Assembly: GCA_965112635.1 (NCBI GenBank)
Contig: OZ218778.1
Span: 1,664,001-1,728,000, forward strand
Length of the DNA: 64,000 nucleotides
DNA from: an uncultured bacterium
GTDB lineage: Bacteria > Oederibacteriota > Oederibacteriia > Oederibacteriales > Oederibacteriaceae
Reading direction: 5' to 3'
The notes beneath the pieces are model-generated. The model saw only the letters and a program-made list of their open reading frames with translations, made no database searches and was not told where the DNA came from. The position numbers and the translations under genes are program-made. Positions 61,130-64,000 of this stretch are shown in pieces (positions within the stretch are counted from its first letter, which is position 1; each line of letters starts with the position of its first letter).

Positions 61130-64000
61130 TTGAGTTCTGTTCAGGAACTGCTCAACGCTTTAAAGGCGAACGAGAAATACCAAAAGCAGATAGTCTGTTC
61201 CCAGCTTTTATCGGCTAAACCGGGCCAATACGGCCAGCTGAACCCGCCCTTGCCGGAGGCTTTACAAGATTGTCTTAATAAAAAGGATGTCCAGCGGCTC
61301 TATGCGCATCAGGTGAAGGCCATCTCTCTTTTACGGGAGGGAAAAAATGTAGGCGTGGTCACTCCTACCGCCAGCGGCAAGACCCTGATCTATAATTTAC
61401 CCCTCTTGGAAAAAGTTCTCCACGGAGAAGACCTGCATGCCTTGTACCTTTTCCCAACCAAAGCCCTGGAACAGGACCAAAAAAAATCCCTGCTGGAGCT
61501 GGCAGAGCCTCTGGGGGGGCTCCCGCCCGTAACGGTTGAAATATACGATGGGGATACTCCCAGCGCAGAGCGTGAAAAGATTCGCAAAAGCCCGCCTCTG
61601 GTCCTCCTGACCAATCCGGACATGGTCCATCTTGGGCTTCTGCCTCACCACAGCCAATGGGCCGGATTTTTTAAAAAGCTTAAATGGATCGTCATTGACG
61701 AGGTGCACACTTACCGGGGCATCTTCGGTTCCCATGTGTCCTTGGTGCTCAAACGCCTCTTGAGGTTGTGCCGGCATTATGGCGGCCAGCCGCAACTGCT
61801 GGCCTGTTCGGCGACCGTGGGAAAGCCAGGGGAGTTCCTGGAAAAGCTCACGGGGGAGGCATTTTCAGTCATCACGGAAAGCGGCGCCCCCCAGCCCCAG
61901 AGGACCTTTGTACTATGGAACCCCGAGTCCAGTCCTTATACCGAGGCCACCTCTTTGCTGGAAGAATGCCTGGAAAAAGACCTTAAGACCATAGTTTTTA
62001 CTAAATCCAGGAAGATCGCGGAACTCATCAGTTTATGGGTGAGGGAAAATCCCCAATGGGAACCTTTGGTGGAAAGCTACCGCGCCGGTTATCTGCCGGA
62101 AGAGAGGCGCGAGATCGAACGCCGGCTTTTCCAGAACGAGCTCAGGGGGGTCGTCTCCACGAGCGCCCTGGAAGTAGGGATCGATGTGGGCGGGCTGGAT
62201 GCCTGTCTATTGGTAGGGTTTCCCGGCACCATGATAAGTACCTGGCAGCGCGTGGGAAGGGTGGGGCGGCGGGAAAAGGAGGCTTTACTGGTTCTGATCG
62301 CTCTTCCAGACGCCCTGGACCAGTACTGGATGAGCCATCCCCAGGAGTTTTTCAAGCGCCCTCTTGAACAGATCGTGATCCATCCCGGCAATAAGATGGT
62401 TTTAGCCGGTCATCTGCTTTGCGCGGCCGCCGAGCTGCCTTTACAGCCGGAGGAGCCCCTGGCCGGGGGGGAGGCCAGGGAAGTGATAGCCCGTCTGGAG
62501 GCCGACAACAAGCTGGTGCGCTCGCAGGAATGGGAACGCTGGTTGTGCCTGGCCAAAAATCCCCATCAGGGCGTCAGCCTTCGCGGGATCGGGGATAATT
62601 TTCCCTTGATCGATTTTCAGACTGGCGAGATCCTGGGGTTCCAGGACAGCTCCCGGGCTTACCGGGAATGTTACGCGGGAGCGGTCTATATCCACCAGGG
62701 CGAAACTTATGAAGTGGTCAAGCTGGATTATGTCAACAAGGAGATATTCCTGAAACCCTTTGAGGGCGAATTTTACACCCAGCCCACCGTTTCGGAAGAG
62801 GTCGAGATCCTATCCGTCAAACACCAGCGGACCCTGGCCAGGGGCGGCCAGGGAGAGGTCAATCTATGCCTGGGCGAGGTACGGGTCACGGAAAAGGTAG
62901 TCTGCTATGAGAGGAGGTTGGTCGCGGACGGTTCCCTTATTTCAGAACATCAGCTGGCTTTGCCTCCCCAGATCTTCGAGACCGAAAGTGTTTGGTTGAG
63001 CCTGCCGGACGGGCTGGTGGATGAACTGATCAGGCAGGAGATGGATTCCTTGGGTTCCCTTCATGCGCTGGAACATGCCCTAATTGCCCTGATGCCGTTG
63101 TTCGCCATCTGCGACCGGTGGGATTTGGGCGGCATTTCCTACCTGATCCATTCCCAGACCAAGCGGCCGGTCATCTTCATCTATGACGGTTTTCCAGGCG
63201 GAGCGGGACTCACGGAGCGGGGCTACCTTGTGATGGAAGACCTCGTCCAAAAAGTGTTTGAACTTATACACCATTGCGCCTGTGAAAAAGGATGCCCCTC
63301 TTGCGTCCAATCCCCCAAGTGCGGGAACGGCAACAAACCCCTTTCTAAACACGGGGCCCAGCAACTGGCGGATTACGCCAGGACCGGGTCTTCAAGCTCA
63401 TCCGTCGCTGTGCCGCTCGTCCTGGAGAAAAAAGCTGAGGAAAAAGACCGGGATGATAAGGTGTCCCTGGACGACAAACGGGTCCTTTATTTTGACCTGG
63501 AGACCCAAAAGCTGGCCCAGGATGTGGGCGGCTGGAACAACATCCGTGACATGAAGCTGTCCGTCGGTATTGTCTTTGATTCGCTGGACAAGAAATATTC
63601 GTATTACGAAGAAAACCAGGTTCCCCAACTCATCGAAAAGCTGTGTGCCGCTGACCTGGTGGTAGGATTTAACATTAAAAGGTTCGATTATGAGGTTTTG
63701 CGGGGGTATGTTAATTTTGATTTCAATAATTTGCCCACCTTTGATATACTGGAACTGGTCCACAAACAGTTGGGTTTTAGATTGAAATTAGAGCACTTGG
63801 CCCAGTGTACCCTGCAGTCTGCCAAGGCGGGGGACGGTCTAAAAGCTGTGGAATGGTTCAGGCAGGGCCGGATGGACCTTATCAAGCAATATTGCGAAAT
63901 GGACGTGGCTTTGACCAGGGACCTTTTCCAGTTCGGCCTTAAAAACGGATATCTGCTGTTCAGGGACCAAAAAAGTCAGGAACTATTAAGGATGCCCTTT
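61130..64000 (+). CDS. YprA/MrfA/Hrq1-like SF2 helicase (DUF1998 Zn domain) fused to a C-terminal RNase H-like DEDD exonuclease; 3'-truncated by the window end
   Basis: Manual translation from TTG 61130: LYAHQ, TPTASGKT, DEVHTYRG, CSAT, STSALEVGIDVG, QRVGRVGR, CACEKGCPSC (63275), then FDLETQK (63491), VGFNIKRFDY, YCEMDV; no stop seen before 64000. Confidence 0.93.
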   Translation, partial: MSSVQELLNALKANEKYQKQIVCSQLLSAKPGQYGQLNPPLPEALQDCLNKKDVQRLYAHQVKAISLLREGKNVGVVTPTASGKTLIYNLPLLEKVLHGEDLHALYLFPTKALEQDQKKSLLELAEPLGGLPPVTVEIYDGDTPSAEREKIRKSPPLVLLTNPDMVHLGLLPHHSQWAGFFKKLKWIVIDEVHTYRGIFGSHVSLVLKRLLRLCRHYGGQPQLLACSATVGKPGEFLEKLTGEAFSVITESGAPQPQRTFVLWNPESSPYTEATSLLEECLEKDLKTIVFTKSRKIAELISLWVRENPQWEPLVESYRAGYLPEERREIERRLFQNELRGVVSTSALEVGIDVGGLDACLLVGFPGTMISTWQRVGRVGRREKEALLVLIALPDALDQYWMSHPQEFFKRPLEQIVIHPGNKMVLAGHLLCAAAELPLQPEEPLAGGEAREVIARLEADNKLVRSQEWERWLCLAKNPHQGVSLRGIGDNFPLIDFQTGEILGFQDSSRAYRECYAGAVYIHQGETYEVVKLDYVNKEIFLKPFEGEFYTQPTVSEEVEILSVKHQRTLARGGQGEVNLCLGEVRVTEKVVCYERRLVADGSLISEHQLALPPQIFETESVWLSLPDGLVDELIRQEMDSLGSLHALEHALIALMPLFAICDRWDLGGISYLIHSQTKRPVIFIYDGFPGGAGLTERGYLVMEDLVQKVFELIHHCACEKGCPSCVQSPKCGNGNKPLSKHGAQQLADYARTGSSSSSVAVPLVLEKKAEEKDRDDKVSLDDKRVLYFDLETQKLAQDVGGWNNIRDMKLSVGIVFDSLDKKYSYYEENQVPQLIEKLCAADLVVGFNIKRFDYEVLRGYVNFDFNNLPTFDILELVHKQLGFRLKLEHLAQCTLQSAKAGDGLKAVEWFRQGRMDLIKQYCEMDVALTRDLFQFGLKNGYLLFRDQKSQELLRMPF

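Overview
Bacterial chromosomal window from a diderm organism. Housekeeping genes dominate it: rpoB-rpoC, the str operon (rpsL-rpsG-fusA-tuf), the full S10-spc-alpha ribosomal supercluster (rpmD/uL30 absent; infA and rpmJ are present but missed by the ORF track), argC-argJ, cca, and glmU-prs-rplY-pth. Accessory genes are a 5'-truncated PD40/Omp85-barrel protein, a GH4 alpha-galactosidase, an M23 peptidase-bactofilin-larE-GT4 group, a PilT-TPR fusion, a tandem-SPOUT methyltransferase, a KimA-like K+ transporter, a cupin, a frameshifted outer-membrane gene, a secreted beta-helix protein with a YPNP C-terminal domain, and a 3'-truncated YprA/MrfA helicase fused to a DEDD exonuclease. I saw no rRNA, tRNA, CRISPR array or mobile element. 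The best candidate for a novel system is a Crp/Fnr-controlled YceI + beta-barrel + secreted START/SRPBCC operon flanked by menA and a polyprenyl synthase, possibly an envelope isoprenoid/quinone handling system; a CRP-type box sits at the class II position of its promoter. Other highlights are an AUA-initiated infA, candidate attenuator leaders upstream of rpsL and of the KimA-like gene, a split-active-site SPOUT pseudodimer, and a sharply bounded codon-usage anomaly in tuf. All calls come from reading motifs by eye; no database searches or folding computations were run.
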